Origin: an uncultured Bacteroidota bacterium
GTDB taxonomy: Bacteria; Bacteroidota; Bacteroidia; UKL13-3
DNA: 58,044 nucleotides
Direction: 5' to 3'
Assembly: GCA_903901345.1 (NCBI GenBank)
Contig: CAIUQQ010000337.1
Coordinates: 1 to 58,044 of the forward strand
The translations under genes were made by a program, and so were the position numbers. Of the stretch, positions 36,915-46,045 are shown one piece after another. A model generated the notes under the pieces. That model worked only from the letters and a program-made list of their open reading frames with translations, was not told where the DNA came from and searched no databases. Within the stretch, counting starts at the first letter, position 1, and every line of letters starts with the position of its first letter.

Positions 36915-37014
36915 AAGTAAAGAAAGAACTGAAACGCAGGTATCCAAAACACGCGTGGCCTGATGATCCTTGGACGGAAAAAGCGGTGGCTAAAGGTGGG
37001 CCGAGGAGGTTTTA
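36915..37014 (+). repeat. Direct repeat copy 2 (orphan duplicate of hrpB 3' end)
   Basis: The same 100 nt as 36063-36162, with one visible C-to-T difference (gtggcctgatg). It is followed by TAA instead of TAG and has no upstream reading frame. Confidence 0.9.
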
Positions 37015-37093
37015 AATTAACTTCCGTCAGACGATTGAGCGATGGGAATAATTAGGGAAAGGCGTCAGACGGATAATACAACAAAGACTTCAA

Positions 37094-37747
37094 TTATAAT
37101 CGATAAGCAATTCCCAAAAGCAAGTTTACACTGTTAACTTTAGTATCAACTTTAGGTAAAGTACTCAACAAACCCAAGTTTCCTCGAATCTCTGAACTAA
37201 AATATAACTTTTCATTAATTGGATATTGTAACCCAGTACCCAAACTAATACCTGCATCTAAACTATTGTAACTCGAAGTATTCTCAATTGTATTAGTTTT
37301 ATAATTGTCTCCTTTAATTACAAATGTTTGACTAAGCAAATAACCTAAGTAAGGCCCTCCATTAATAAAGTACTTAACTTTATTGCCAAAACTAAATCGA
37401 ACTAAAATAGGTAAGGTTAAATAATTAAAATTATAATTTAGACTAGAATTTTCTATAGAAGCTCCATAATTATCAGTCAATCCACCATAATGTGCACCAC
37501 CTTTTCTTTCATAAGAAATGTTGGATCTTAAAGCAACTTTTTTTCCAAAATTATATTGAAAAGAAATACCTCCACTGTAACCCAAAGTACCAGTGTAAAA
37601 TTTTTCAATAAAATCACGTCCTTTCAAAAACGTAAAACTTGGACTTGCTTCAACTCCAATTTCAAACTTATTTGTTTGAGCAATTAATTGATTGCAAAAC
37701 AGAAAAAGAATTGCTATTGATAAAAATAAAAAACTTTTATGAGACAT
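37094..37747 (-). CDS. Outer-membrane beta-barrel (porin-family) protein
   Basis: I prefer the ATG at 37747 (MSHKSFLFLSIAILFLFCNQLIAQ). It shows the alternating hydrophobic beta-strand pattern, Gly/Tyr/Asn-rich loops and the terminal strand LLLGIAYRL. Confidence 0.8.
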   Translation of the reverse strand: MSHKSFLFLSIAILFLFCNQLIAQTNKFEIGVEASPSFTFLKGRDFIEKFYTGTLGYSGGISFQYNFGKKVALRSNISYERKGGAHYGGLTDNYGASIENSSLNYNFNYLTLPILVRFSFGNKVKYFINGGPYLGYLLSQTFVIKGDNYKTNTIENTSSYNSLDAGISLGTGLQYPINEKLYFSSEIRGNLGLLSTLPKVDTKVNSVNLLLGIAYRL

Positions 37748-37866
37748 AATTTCGAACTTATTTATTGTCAAGATTAATCTTTATTTTACTTAAAACAAAA
37801 ACTATTTTCAGTAAAATAAGGCTAGAAATTACAATAAAGCATGCACTGAAGAAATGTTAAATGTTG

Positions 37867-38165
37867 TCCCGATGCATTGCATATGGGTCAACTTAAGGAA
37901 AACGCTGAAAGAGTTTAATATCAATAGCCAATGGTGAAACTGGCGATAAAATGAATAAATAAACACAATGAAAACCTCAAAATCTTTGCAAAAGCCAGAA
38001 GCTTTCTAAAAGATTTTAAGGTTTTAGAGCCAAAGATCCCGTTCGTTTTTCAACGCGTTAAAACCCGTTGTTACAAAATGTTTCGTTCCTCCGGAACTTT
38101 AATGTTTATCAGTTTTTACAAGAAATAATCCTAAATTAAGTTGACGCTTATGCGATGCATCGGGA
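37867..38165. mobile_element. MITE-like element of about 300 bp with 30-bp imperfect terminal inverted repeats; no coding capacity
   Basis: The left end is tcccgatgcattgcatatgggtcaacttaa. The reverse complement of the right end is tcccgatgcatcgcataagcgtcaacttaa (27/30 match). The interior has hairpins (aacctcaaaatcttt...aaagattttaaggtt; gttcctccggaac). Confidence 0.5.
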
Positions 38166-38223
38166 TTGGATGTTGCCATTAGACTCAGCTCAGGGTGATA
38201 ATGAATTGGGTAATAGGTTTAGT

Positions 38224-38559
38224 AAAATGGATAAGCCACACAGAAATGTGGTAAAGCGGCACGGAATTACGGGTAAGCGGCACGGAAAAATAGGTAAGCG
38301 GCACGGAAATGTAGTAAAGCGGCACGTAATTATGGGTAAGGGACACGTAAAAATGGATAAGGGACATGGAAATGTAGTAAAGCGGCACGTAATTACGGGT
38401 AAGCGGCACGGAAAAATGGATAAGGGACACAGAAATGTAGTAAAGCGGCACGGAAATGTGGTAAAGCGGCACGTAATTACGGGTAAGCGGCACGGAAAAA
38501 TGGATGAGGGACATGGAAATGTGGTAAAGCGACACGGAAATGTGGTAAAGCGGCATGTA
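38224..38559. repeat. Minisatellite: 16 tandem 21-bp units in three subtypes, about 63-bp higher-order period
   Basis: Units parsed by hand. Subtype A is aaaatggataagggacayrga, B is aatgtrgtaaagcggcacgka and C is attaygggtaagcggcacgga. The order is A B C A B C A B C A B B C A B B. All six frames are open. Confidence 0.95.
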
Positions 38560-38594
38560 ATATAGCTTCTGAAAGACAGTATCCCACAAATTGT

Positions 38595-38664
38595 GTAAGT
38601 TTTGTCCTCGGTAAGTAACCTAGGTAAGTATCCTCGGTTAGTATACTCGGTTGGTATACTCACC
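38595..38664. repeat. Degenerate 13-15-nt tandem repeat (GTAAGTAtcCTCG-like) x5
   Basis: gtaagttttgtcctcg gtaagtaaccta ggtaagtatcctcg gttagtatactcg gttggtatactcacc. Confidence 0.5.
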
Positions 38665-38712
38665 AATCCGATAATGAGTTTATTTGTTCCATTCTATCAT
38701 TTACCAAAAGCA

Positions 38713-38744
38713 CAAAAAAAAGGCCACCCTTGCGGGTAGCCTTT
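38713..38744 (-). terminator. Rho-independent terminator of the 2318-aa gene
   Basis: Stem ggccaccc-ttgc-gggtagcc. On the minus strand it is followed by T8 (plus-strand A8 at 38713-38720), about 40 nt after the stop. Confidence 0.65.
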
Positions 38745-38781
38745 TCTTTATTTGCGTAGTACTTACGCTAGAAGAAACTTC

Positions 38782-41700
38782 TTAGTTTTTCAACATTTTA
38801 AATACTTGAGTATTTGATTCTGTTGTGTAACGTACAAAGTAAATTCCTTGTTTCAATTTGTCAACACCGTTAACAGTGATAGTAGATGTACCTTTAACCA
38901 CGTCAATGTTTTGGCTAATGATAGTTCTACCATTGATGTCAGAAACTTCAACAGTTCCGTTTGCATTGTTTACTGTTTCAACTGTAATAGTTAAGTCAGT
39001 AGTAAATGGATTAGGAGTAACTGTTACTTTTTCTTTAGTGTTTTCTACAGTTTTGATTTCAATAGTTTTAGAATAACTGAATGAGTTATCGTTATCAACC
39101 ATTTTCAAACGGTAATAAATAGTACCTGCACTGTTTAATAAAGTGATAATACCTTTATCTAAGTGATTGTATGAAGTTAAAGATGAAGAATTACCAGCAG
39201 CTTTTACGTTAGTAATAGCTGTAAAGTTTTTACCATCTATAGAACGTTCTACAACGAACATGTTAGCATTAATTTCACTAGCAGTAGTCCAAGTTAATTT
39301 AGCGTCAGCGTTTAATAAGCTTCCGTTAAATGTAGTTAACTTAACTGGTAATGGATTGAATATATCAGAACCAGTGAATAACTGAGTAGCGTTAGAGAAA
39401 CCAGTGTAAGTTAAGTTGTTGTTAGTAGTATCTACTAATCCACCTGAATTAGTATTCCAAGCTACACCCACTTCTTTGTTAGCTAAACGCATGTAATCTT
39501 CAGTAAATCCAAAAGTAGTGTACATAGTACCCATCCAATTGTCTCTATAGTTGATTTTAGCATCATATAAGTATGTTCCAGCAGGAGCAGTAATACTAGT
39601 ATAGAAGTAAGGGAAATTAGGAATAGAAGAACCAATTTGAATTGGTGCTTTTCCTGAATACTGACGTACAGCTACTGAAGCTGGAGGAGTAGTAAACGCA
39701 TCCCAAGAAATAGAAGCAACTGTATCATTACCCAAAGTAAATACTTGAGTAGTACCAGCAGTTGGAGCAGCAGGTGTTGCAGTAGCTGTAGGAGCTAAAG
39801 TAGAAGCACCTGGATTTACGTTGTAAGCACCTAAATCTGGAGCACCATCTACAATAGAAGCAGGACGTAATACACCGTTTATATCTGTAGGGTTAATTGC
39901 AAAGAAATCACCACGACCGTTTAATGCCCAAACAGCTGTATCAGCAGGATTTGGAGTATTATTAGATAATGAAGTAACTGCAGGGCGGTAGTTAATACTT
40001 AATTTATCGCAAGAACAAGCTGTTCTCCATAAAGGTAAAGTAGTAGAAGCACCAACACCACCAGTTAAACTAGAACCATAAGTAAAGTAGTTATTATTGT
40101 TCATTAACGCAGTAGTAGGAGTTGGAATTGCTGCAAAATATGCGGCAGAACCTGTTCCTGTATTAGCGAAAATGTTGTTTTTGAATACTAAATTTACAGA
40201 ACCTGAATTATAAATATAAGCAGCCTGAGTAGCAGAGTTAATATTAAACGTGTTGTTAATATAATCAATGTTATTTGATTGGTAGCCTAAGTAAATAGTA
40301 GAAGAACCAGCACCACCAAAGAATGAATTATTTGCTACTTTACCTCTTCTACCTGTAATACCATTACCATTACTTGAATAATATCCAATATACATAGTAA
40401 CAGCATTTAACAAGTTAATTTTGTTACCTGAGAAATTGAAACTATCAGCATACATGTAGTAATAAATTTGACCACTGTAACCTGAAGAAGTATTAACTGT
40501 ATTATTGATATAGTTTAGACCTTGGCTATAGTAACTATAGAAACCATAAACATAAGAATTACCAATAATATTGTTATCAACTGTAAAGTTCCAATATCTA
40601 GAAGCTAAAGTATTAGTAGTACCATACATGTATATACCATAGTATGAACCATTGATAATACCGTTTTTGATAGTAACACCATTACAAGAACTAGTTAAAC
40701 CAGTACCATAAACAGCGTAGTTACCATAACTAGTTTGAACTGCCATGTCAATGTTACAACCAATGATAGTATCAAAAGAACTAGCACCAGAAATAACAAT
40801 ACCATTTTGAGTTGAAACTGTACTTGTGCTTCTTAATGTTAATTTACTTAAAGTAGTGTAAGAACTACCATTAAATTGCCAAATTTGAGCTGCACTAGTT
40901 GCAGGAACTATAATTACTGAATCTTTGTTATTAGCCATTGATTGGAAAGTAACAGTATTAACACCACTAACACCAGGAGCATTAGCATAAACTATTGATT
41001 CAGCATAAGTACCTGTTCTAATATTAAATGTTACAGCACCATCAACACCACGAGATTGTAATCCAGCAACTGCATTATTAATTGTAGTAAAGTCAGAAGC
41101 AGTAGCACCAATGGTATAAATACCATGCATAGGAGTTATTACATTTGAAGTAACTGTATCGTTAGCTCTGTTAGGATCTGTAGAGAAGTTAGGGTTAGAA
41201 GTATAAACTTTTAAGTTATAATTAGTACCACTAACTACAGTAAATGGAGTAGAGAATGAAACACTTACAGTATCGCAAGAGTTTAAAGTACCAAACCAAG
41301 AAGTAGTAACTGGAGTTCCACCATTAACTCTGTATGCAATATCGAATGAAGTTACAGCATTAGAACCAGTGTTTCTAACCAAAGCAGTTACAACATTAGT
41401 ACCAGCAGCAATAGGGAATACTGGAGATATCAATTTATCTAAAGCAATTTCATTACTGAAACCACCTTGGAATTCATAAGCTCCAACATCAGGAGGTGAC
41501 ATTCTAGTGTAACCAGTAATATCAATTAAGTTATTAGGATTAGTTATACCTTTTAAACCACAACCATTAGTTAAGTTAAAGTTACCAGCAGCTGCATTTA
41601 CAAAAGGTAAAGCAGTTAATGCTCTAGATGAATCGCCACCACCAGTAGTAGTTTGGAAAGTTAAGTTAGTTAAGAATGAACCTCTATATAACAAATTAGT

Positions 41701-44700
41701 ATTTGCTGCATTATAGTATGAATTATAATTAACGTTACCTGTAGTTGGTGAAGTACCAAAATAAGCAGTAGTTCCAGAACCACCAGTAGCTTCTCTAACA
41801 AAAATATTGTTTTTGAACCAACCGTTAGCAGAACCTGAATAATATAAATTACAGTATGAAGTAGAAGTAGCAGCATATGCCATTCTCATGGTGTTATTAT
41901 AAAACTCAGTATAACCAGTATTATATAAATAAATACCATAGTAACCAGCATAAGTATTGGTACCACCATCTACAATATTATTATATACTTTTAAAGGAGC
42001 AGTAGCAGTTCCACCACTACCATTCATGTACATATATATACCATAACCACCAAAGTTTTTAACTACGTTACCTATGTATTCAATAGAATAAACAGTACTT
42101 GTATTTTGATGATAGTAGTTATACATACCATAATATCCATAAGTAGTATTCATGTTTACAGTATTGTAATGATATCTAGAAGCGTTATAAATATAAGGCA
42201 TATAAAAGCCCATATAGTAACCTAAAGTTAATACATTACCTCTAACTAAAATACCTCTGTTTTGAGCAGCATTTTGATTACCGTAAATTACATAACCATA
42301 ATAAATACCACTAGTTCCACCACCTGTAACGGTGTTACTATCTAAAGTAACTGAATCGGCAGAAGTACCTACTGTACCGTAACCAAGTGGAGAACCACTT
42401 ACACAAATACCATAAGCAGTATTAGTACTTACGTTAGGTAATAATACCAATAAGTTTTTAAATGTATTCATGTTACCATTACACATACCAGCACCTGAAG
42501 CAGGACCTGAATAAGTATTAGTAACAGTCATGTTTTGGAAAGTTACATAACTAGTACCATTTAAAATTAAAGCTGCTTGAGAAGCTGTAGAAGTAGAAAT
42601 GATAGTAGTTAATTTGTTAACACCAATAAATGTTACATTATTAACAGCTGAAGCACCTGAAATGTTACCTGCAAGTACAACCTGAGGATAAGTTCCTGGA
42701 GAAACAGTGAAAGTAACCCAACCACTTACACCACCCGAAAGAGCAGCAATAGCAGTAGTGAACGACTGGAAGTTAGTAGTACTAACAGCAGCAGAAGGAT
42801 TAATAGTATAAGCACCATTTAACGGACCAGTTAATAATACTGAAATAGTATCATTTGCTCTGTTAGGGTCAGCACTGAAGTTAGGATTAGCAGTATATAC
42901 TTTTAAAGCATTGCTAGTTCCTAAGTTAATTTGATTACCACCTGTAAATACAACTGAATCAGTAGCACAAGAAAGTAAAGTACCAAACCATGATTGAGTA
43001 ACGGCAGTTCCACCATTTAAAGTATAACTAGCATCAAATGAAGTAACAGTAGTATTACCTAAGTTTTTAACTCTAAAAATTACATCTTGGTATCCAGAAA
43101 CAATAGGAGCAACAGGAGTTACTAATTGAGAAACTGTAATATCACCAGCTGCACCACCAGTAAATTCGTAAGCACCAAAATCAGGTGGAACGTTACGAGT
43201 ATAACCAGTAATATCTATTGGAACTTTAGTAGATAAATCTACACCTTTTCCAAAACAACCATTTAATAATCTTAAGTTAGTAGCACTAGCAAAAGGAGTA
43301 GAAGTAGAGAAAGTAGATGAATCACCACCTGCAGTAGTTGTTTTATAGTTAGATGAAGTAAATGCACTACCTCTAAATATTAAAGTAGTATTACCTTCAT
43401 TGTGGTATAAGTTATAATTAACATAACCGGTACTAGGTGAGGTACCAAAATATACTGGAACACCAGTACCAGCAGTAGCTGTTCTTGAGAAAATATTATT
43501 TTTTACCCAAAGATTAGCTGAACCTGAAGAATAAAAATTAGTATATGAAGTAGATGAAGCAGCATAAGTCATTCTCATGGTGTTGTTATAAAACTCAGTA
43601 TTACCTGTACTGTATAAATAAATACCATAGTAACCAGCATAAGTGTTAGTACCACCATCTATAATATTATTATATACTTTTAAAGGAGCAGTAGCAGTTC
43701 CACCACTACCATTCATGTACATGTAAATACCATAACCACCAAAGTTTAACACTTGGTTACCTATGTATTCAATAGATTGAGTAGTACTAGAATTTTGATG
43801 GTAGTAGTTATACATACCATAATATCCATAAGTTGGATTCATCGTTACTTTGTTGTAATGGAATTTAGCCGCGTTAAAAATATAAGGCATATAAAAACCC
43901 ATATAGTAACCTAAAGTTAAAGTATTACCTCTAACAAAAATTCCTCTGTTTTGAGCAGCATTTTGATTACCATAAATTAAGTAACCATAATAAATACCAT
44001 TAGTTCCACCACCTGTTACTGTGTTACTATCTAAAGTAATTGAGTCAATTGCAGTAGCAGCAGTTCCGTAACCATTAACTGAAGAACTTACACAAATACC
44101 ATAAGCAGTATTTGTACTAACGTTAGGTAATAAAATAGTACAACCTTTAATGGTATTACTAGAACCAGCATCACTTGTAGCAGAACCAACAATACCAACT
44201 CCTGAAGCAGGACCAGTATAAGTATTAGTAATGGTAAAGTTTTTGAAAGTATAATATTTACAACCATTTAAAATTAATGCAGCTTGAGAAGCTGATGAAG
44301 TAGAAATGTTTCTAGTTAATGGACTAATACCGTCAAAAGTAATTGTATTAGTAGCATTTGCATTTGTAATAACATTTGCAGGAACTATTACTTGAGGGTA
44401 TGAACCAGCAGCTACGTTAAAAGTAACAGGACCAGCTAAACCAATAGCAACTAAATCTGCAATAGCAGTATTAAATGAGGTATAGTTTCTAGGACCAGTA
44501 GTACCACCAATGGTGTAAATACCACTCATTGCACCAGCAATTAATTTGTAACCTGCAGGATTAGTTACAGTAGGAACACGGAACATACTATCAGTAAAAC
44601 CAACACATTGTCCATCTAAAGTATCACCATTATTAGCAGTAGTTGTTAAATCATATACTAACCAGTAATAATTATCACCAGCACGTAAAGTATCACCAGC

Positions 44701-45738
44701 AGAAGTAAAGTTTAAAGTTCCACTAGGAGAAGTAATAGTACTACCAAATTGACGAATTACAGCTCCAGAACTAAATGTACTGTTATTACCAGTATATAAT
44801 ACTTTAGCAGCCGCAACGTTATTTGATAAGTTATTAGAACCAGTAGTATTGAAATCAATACCATAAACTACCTTAGGGAACATATTACCTGTAGTATTTG
44901 CAACAGCAGCTAAAATAGGATTGTTAAGAGTACCTGTAGCAGCATTACCAATAGTTTGAACTGAAGTAACTGAGTTAAAAGTCATAGGTAAATTAGCCCA
45001 TTTGTATGTTCTACCTGAATCAGGAACTAAAGTTGAACCAAATGTCATAGTACCTGAAGTAACAGTACTTGAAGCCACAGGAGCAGCCCAAGATGAAGTA
45101 GAGTTTGATAAAACAGAATAATCTGCAGTAGTAGCACCAGAAACACCGGTCCAAACTGTATAAGAACTGTTAGAACAAGGTCCGTAAACAATTTCTACTG
45201 AATTAACAGTTTCGTTTAAACGGATTTGGAAGTTGTAAAGAATACTTGTATTGTAATAATACGAAGACCAATCTCTAAACTGAATAACACAAGTTCTGAA
45301 AGGAGCAGTACCAACAGTATCAATTCTGATATTACTAGTTGATAATCCAGCACCTTGTAAATCTTGGTTCATTGCTGAAATAGTGTTAGCTTGAGTTGTA
45401 GGAGCACTGCTGTAAATATTAGCAGTAACACCACCTAACTTTAAGTAACCGTTAGCCGAAATACCTACCGAAGTAAAAGTATTTCCTTGCCAAACAAAGT
45501 TAAAGCCAATGTTTTGAGCAGCATAAGTATTATCATCATCTGTAGAAGCTGATGAAGTAGATACTAGCTGACCTCCAGTAATCATCCTTGCTGCATACGA
45601 GCCGGGATTAGTAGAAGAAAACGCCATTGTGGAGATTTGTGCCCTGACACTGTTAAATGTCAACAAGCACAATCCAGTTACTAAGATACTCATCAAAGAG
45701 CTTCTTAGTCCTTTCCTTTTTTTGTAGTTGTTTATCAT
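38782..45738 (-). CDS. Giant T9SS-secreted surface protein: three parallel-beta-helix plus CARDB-like modules, C-terminal sorting domain
   Basis: 2318 aa with a signal peptide. It contains three modules of about 560 aa (xGIYTIG...VTF.V..GTY...; Gly/Asn/Tyr-rich beta-helix rungs; DITGYTR..PPD.GAYEF; CARDB-like ...NPNFS.DPNRANDT). It ends in LPVKLTTFNG...VERSIDGKNF and the Por tail VTPNPFTTDLTI...GIYFVRY...FKMLKN. Confidence 0.9.
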   Translation of the reverse strand: MINNYKKRKGLRSSLMSILVTGLCLLTFNSVRAQISTMAFSSTNPGSYAARMITGGQLVSTSSASTDDDNTYAAQNIGFNFVWQGNTFTSVGISANGYLKLGGVTANIYSSAPTTQANTISAMNQDLQGAGLSTSNIRIDTVGTAPFRTCVIQFRDWSSYYYNTSILYNFQIRLNETVNSVEIVYGPCSNSSYTVWTGVSGATTADYSVLSNSTSSWAAPVASSTVTSGTMTFGSTLVPDSGRTYKWANLPMTFNSVTSVQTIGNAATGTLNNPILAAVANTTGNMFPKVVYGIDFNTTGSNNLSNNVAAAKVLYTGNNSTFSSGAVIRQFGSTITSPSGTLNFTSAGDTLRAGDNYYWLVYDLTTTANNGDTLDGQCVGFTDSMFRVPTVTNPAGYKLIAGAMSGIYTIGGTTGPRNYTSFNTAIADLVAIGLAGPVTFNVAAGSYPQVIVPANVITNANATNTITFDGISPLTRNISTSSASQAALILNGCKYYTFKNFTITNTYTGPASGVGIVGSATSDAGSSNTIKGCTILLPNVSTNTAYGICVSSSVNGYGTAATAIDSITLDSNTVTGGGTNGIYYGYLIYGNQNAAQNRGIFVRGNTLTLGYYMGFYMPYIFNAAKFHYNKVTMNPTYGYYGMYNYYHQNSSTTQSIEYIGNQVLNFGGYGIYMYMNGSGGTATAPLKVYNNIIDGGTNTYAGYYGIYLYSTGNTEFYNNTMRMTYAASSTSYTNFYSSGSANLWVKNNIFSRTATAGTGVPVYFGTSPSTGYVNYNLYHNEGNTTLIFRGSAFTSSNYKTTTAGGDSSTFSTSTPFASATNLRLLNGCFGKGVDLSTKVPIDITGYTRNVPPDFGAYEFTGGAAGDITVSQLVTPVAPIVSGYQDVIFRVKNLGNTTVTSFDASYTLNGGTAVTQSWFGTLLSCATDSVVFTGGNQINLGTSNALKVYTANPNFSADPNRANDTISVLLTGPLNGAYTINPSAAVSTTNFQSFTTAIAALSGGVSGWVTFTVSPGTYPQVVLAGNISGASAVNNVTFIGVNKLTTIISTSTASQAALILNGTSYVTFQNMTVTNTYSGPASGAGMCNGNMNTFKNLLVLLPNVSTNTAYGICVSGSPLGYGTVGTSADSVTLDSNTVTGGGTSGIYYGYVIYGNQNAAQNRGILVRGNVLTLGYYMGFYMPYIYNASRYHYNTVNMNTTYGYYGMYNYYHQNTSTVYSIEYIGNVVKNFGGYGIYMYMNGSGGTATAPLKVYNNIVDGGTNTYAGYYGIYLYNTGYTEFYNNTMRMAYAATSTSYCNLYYSGSANGWFKNNIFVREATGGSGTTAYFGTSPTTGNVNYNSYYNAANTNLLYRGSFLTNLTFQTTTGGGDSSRALTALPFVNAAAGNFNLTNGCGLKGITNPNNLIDITGYTRMSPPDVGAYEFQGGFSNEIALDKLISPVFPIAAGTNVVTALVRNTGSNAVTSFDIAYRVNGGTPVTTSWFGTLNSCDTVSVSFSTPFTVVSGTNYNLKVYTSNPNFSTDPNRANDTVTSNVITPMHGIYTIGATASDFTTINNAVAGLQSRGVDGAVTFNIRTGTYAESIVYANAPGVSGVNTVTFQSMANNKDSVIIVPATSAAQIWQFNGSSYTTLSKLTLRSTSTVSTQNGIVISGASSFDTIIGCNIDMAVQTSYGNYAVYGTGLTSSCNGVTIKNGIINGSYYGIYMYGTTNTLASRYWNFTVDNNIIGNSYVYGFYSYYSQGLNYINNTVNTSSGYSGQIYYYMYADSFNFSGNKINLLNAVTMYIGYYSSNGNGITGRRGKVANNSFFGGAGSSTIYLGYQSNNIDYINNTFNINSATQAAYIYNSGSVNLVFKNNIFANTGTGSAAYFAAIPTPTTALMNNNNYFTYGSSLTGGVGASTTLPLWRTACSCDKLSINYRPAVTSLSNNTPNPADTAVWALNGRGDFFAINPTDINGVLRPASIVDGAPDLGAYNVNPGASTLAPTATATPAAPTAGTTQVFTLGNDTVASISWDAFTTPPASVAVRQYSGKAPIQIGSSIPNFPYFYTSITAPAGTYLYDAKINYRDNWMGTMYTTFGFTEDYMRLANKEVGVAWNTNSGGLVDTTNNNLTYTGFSNATQLFTGSDIFNPLPVKLTTFNGSLLNADAKLTWTTASEINANMFVVERSIDGKNFTAITNVKAAGNSSSLTSYNHLDKGIITLLNSAGTIYYRLKMVDNDNSFSYSKTIEIKTVENTKEKVTVTPNPFTTDLTITVETVNNANGTVEVSDINGRTIISQNIDVVKGTSTITVNGVDKLKQGIYFVRYTTESNTQVFKMLKN

Positions 45739-46045
45739 ATATTTATTAATTTATTGAGCCGCTAATGTGCGAAATCTCAACGAAAAAAAAAAAAATAGTT
45801 TAAACACTATAAGTGTAAGTTTTTACAAAACACTAGTAATCAGCATTAAATTTTCCGCTTGTGAATAAATTGTGACACAATTATGAGTAGAATCAATGCA
45901 TTATTACTATAAAATTAGCCTAAATCAGATGTATATTATATTATTTAATTGCTATAAAACATTACATTTTACAAATAAATTATTGTAAAAATATCAGTAA
46001 AATTTTGTTTAATTAATGAGGTAATATTTTACTAAAAAAACGAGT

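Noticed and set aside
38224-38559. Possible CRISPR array
   Set aside because: The units are contiguous with no unique spacers, the unit length is 21 bp, and no cas genes are in the window.
38155-38666. Three overlapping track ORFs (136 aa plus strand; 134 and 158 aa minus strand) across the 21-bp repeat array
   Set aside because: All frames are open simply because the repeat period is a multiple of three. The products are pure heptad low-complexity repeats. The plus-strand ATG lies in the MITE-like terminal repeat, and no signal or domain is present. I treat the region as non-coding repeat DNA pending expression data.
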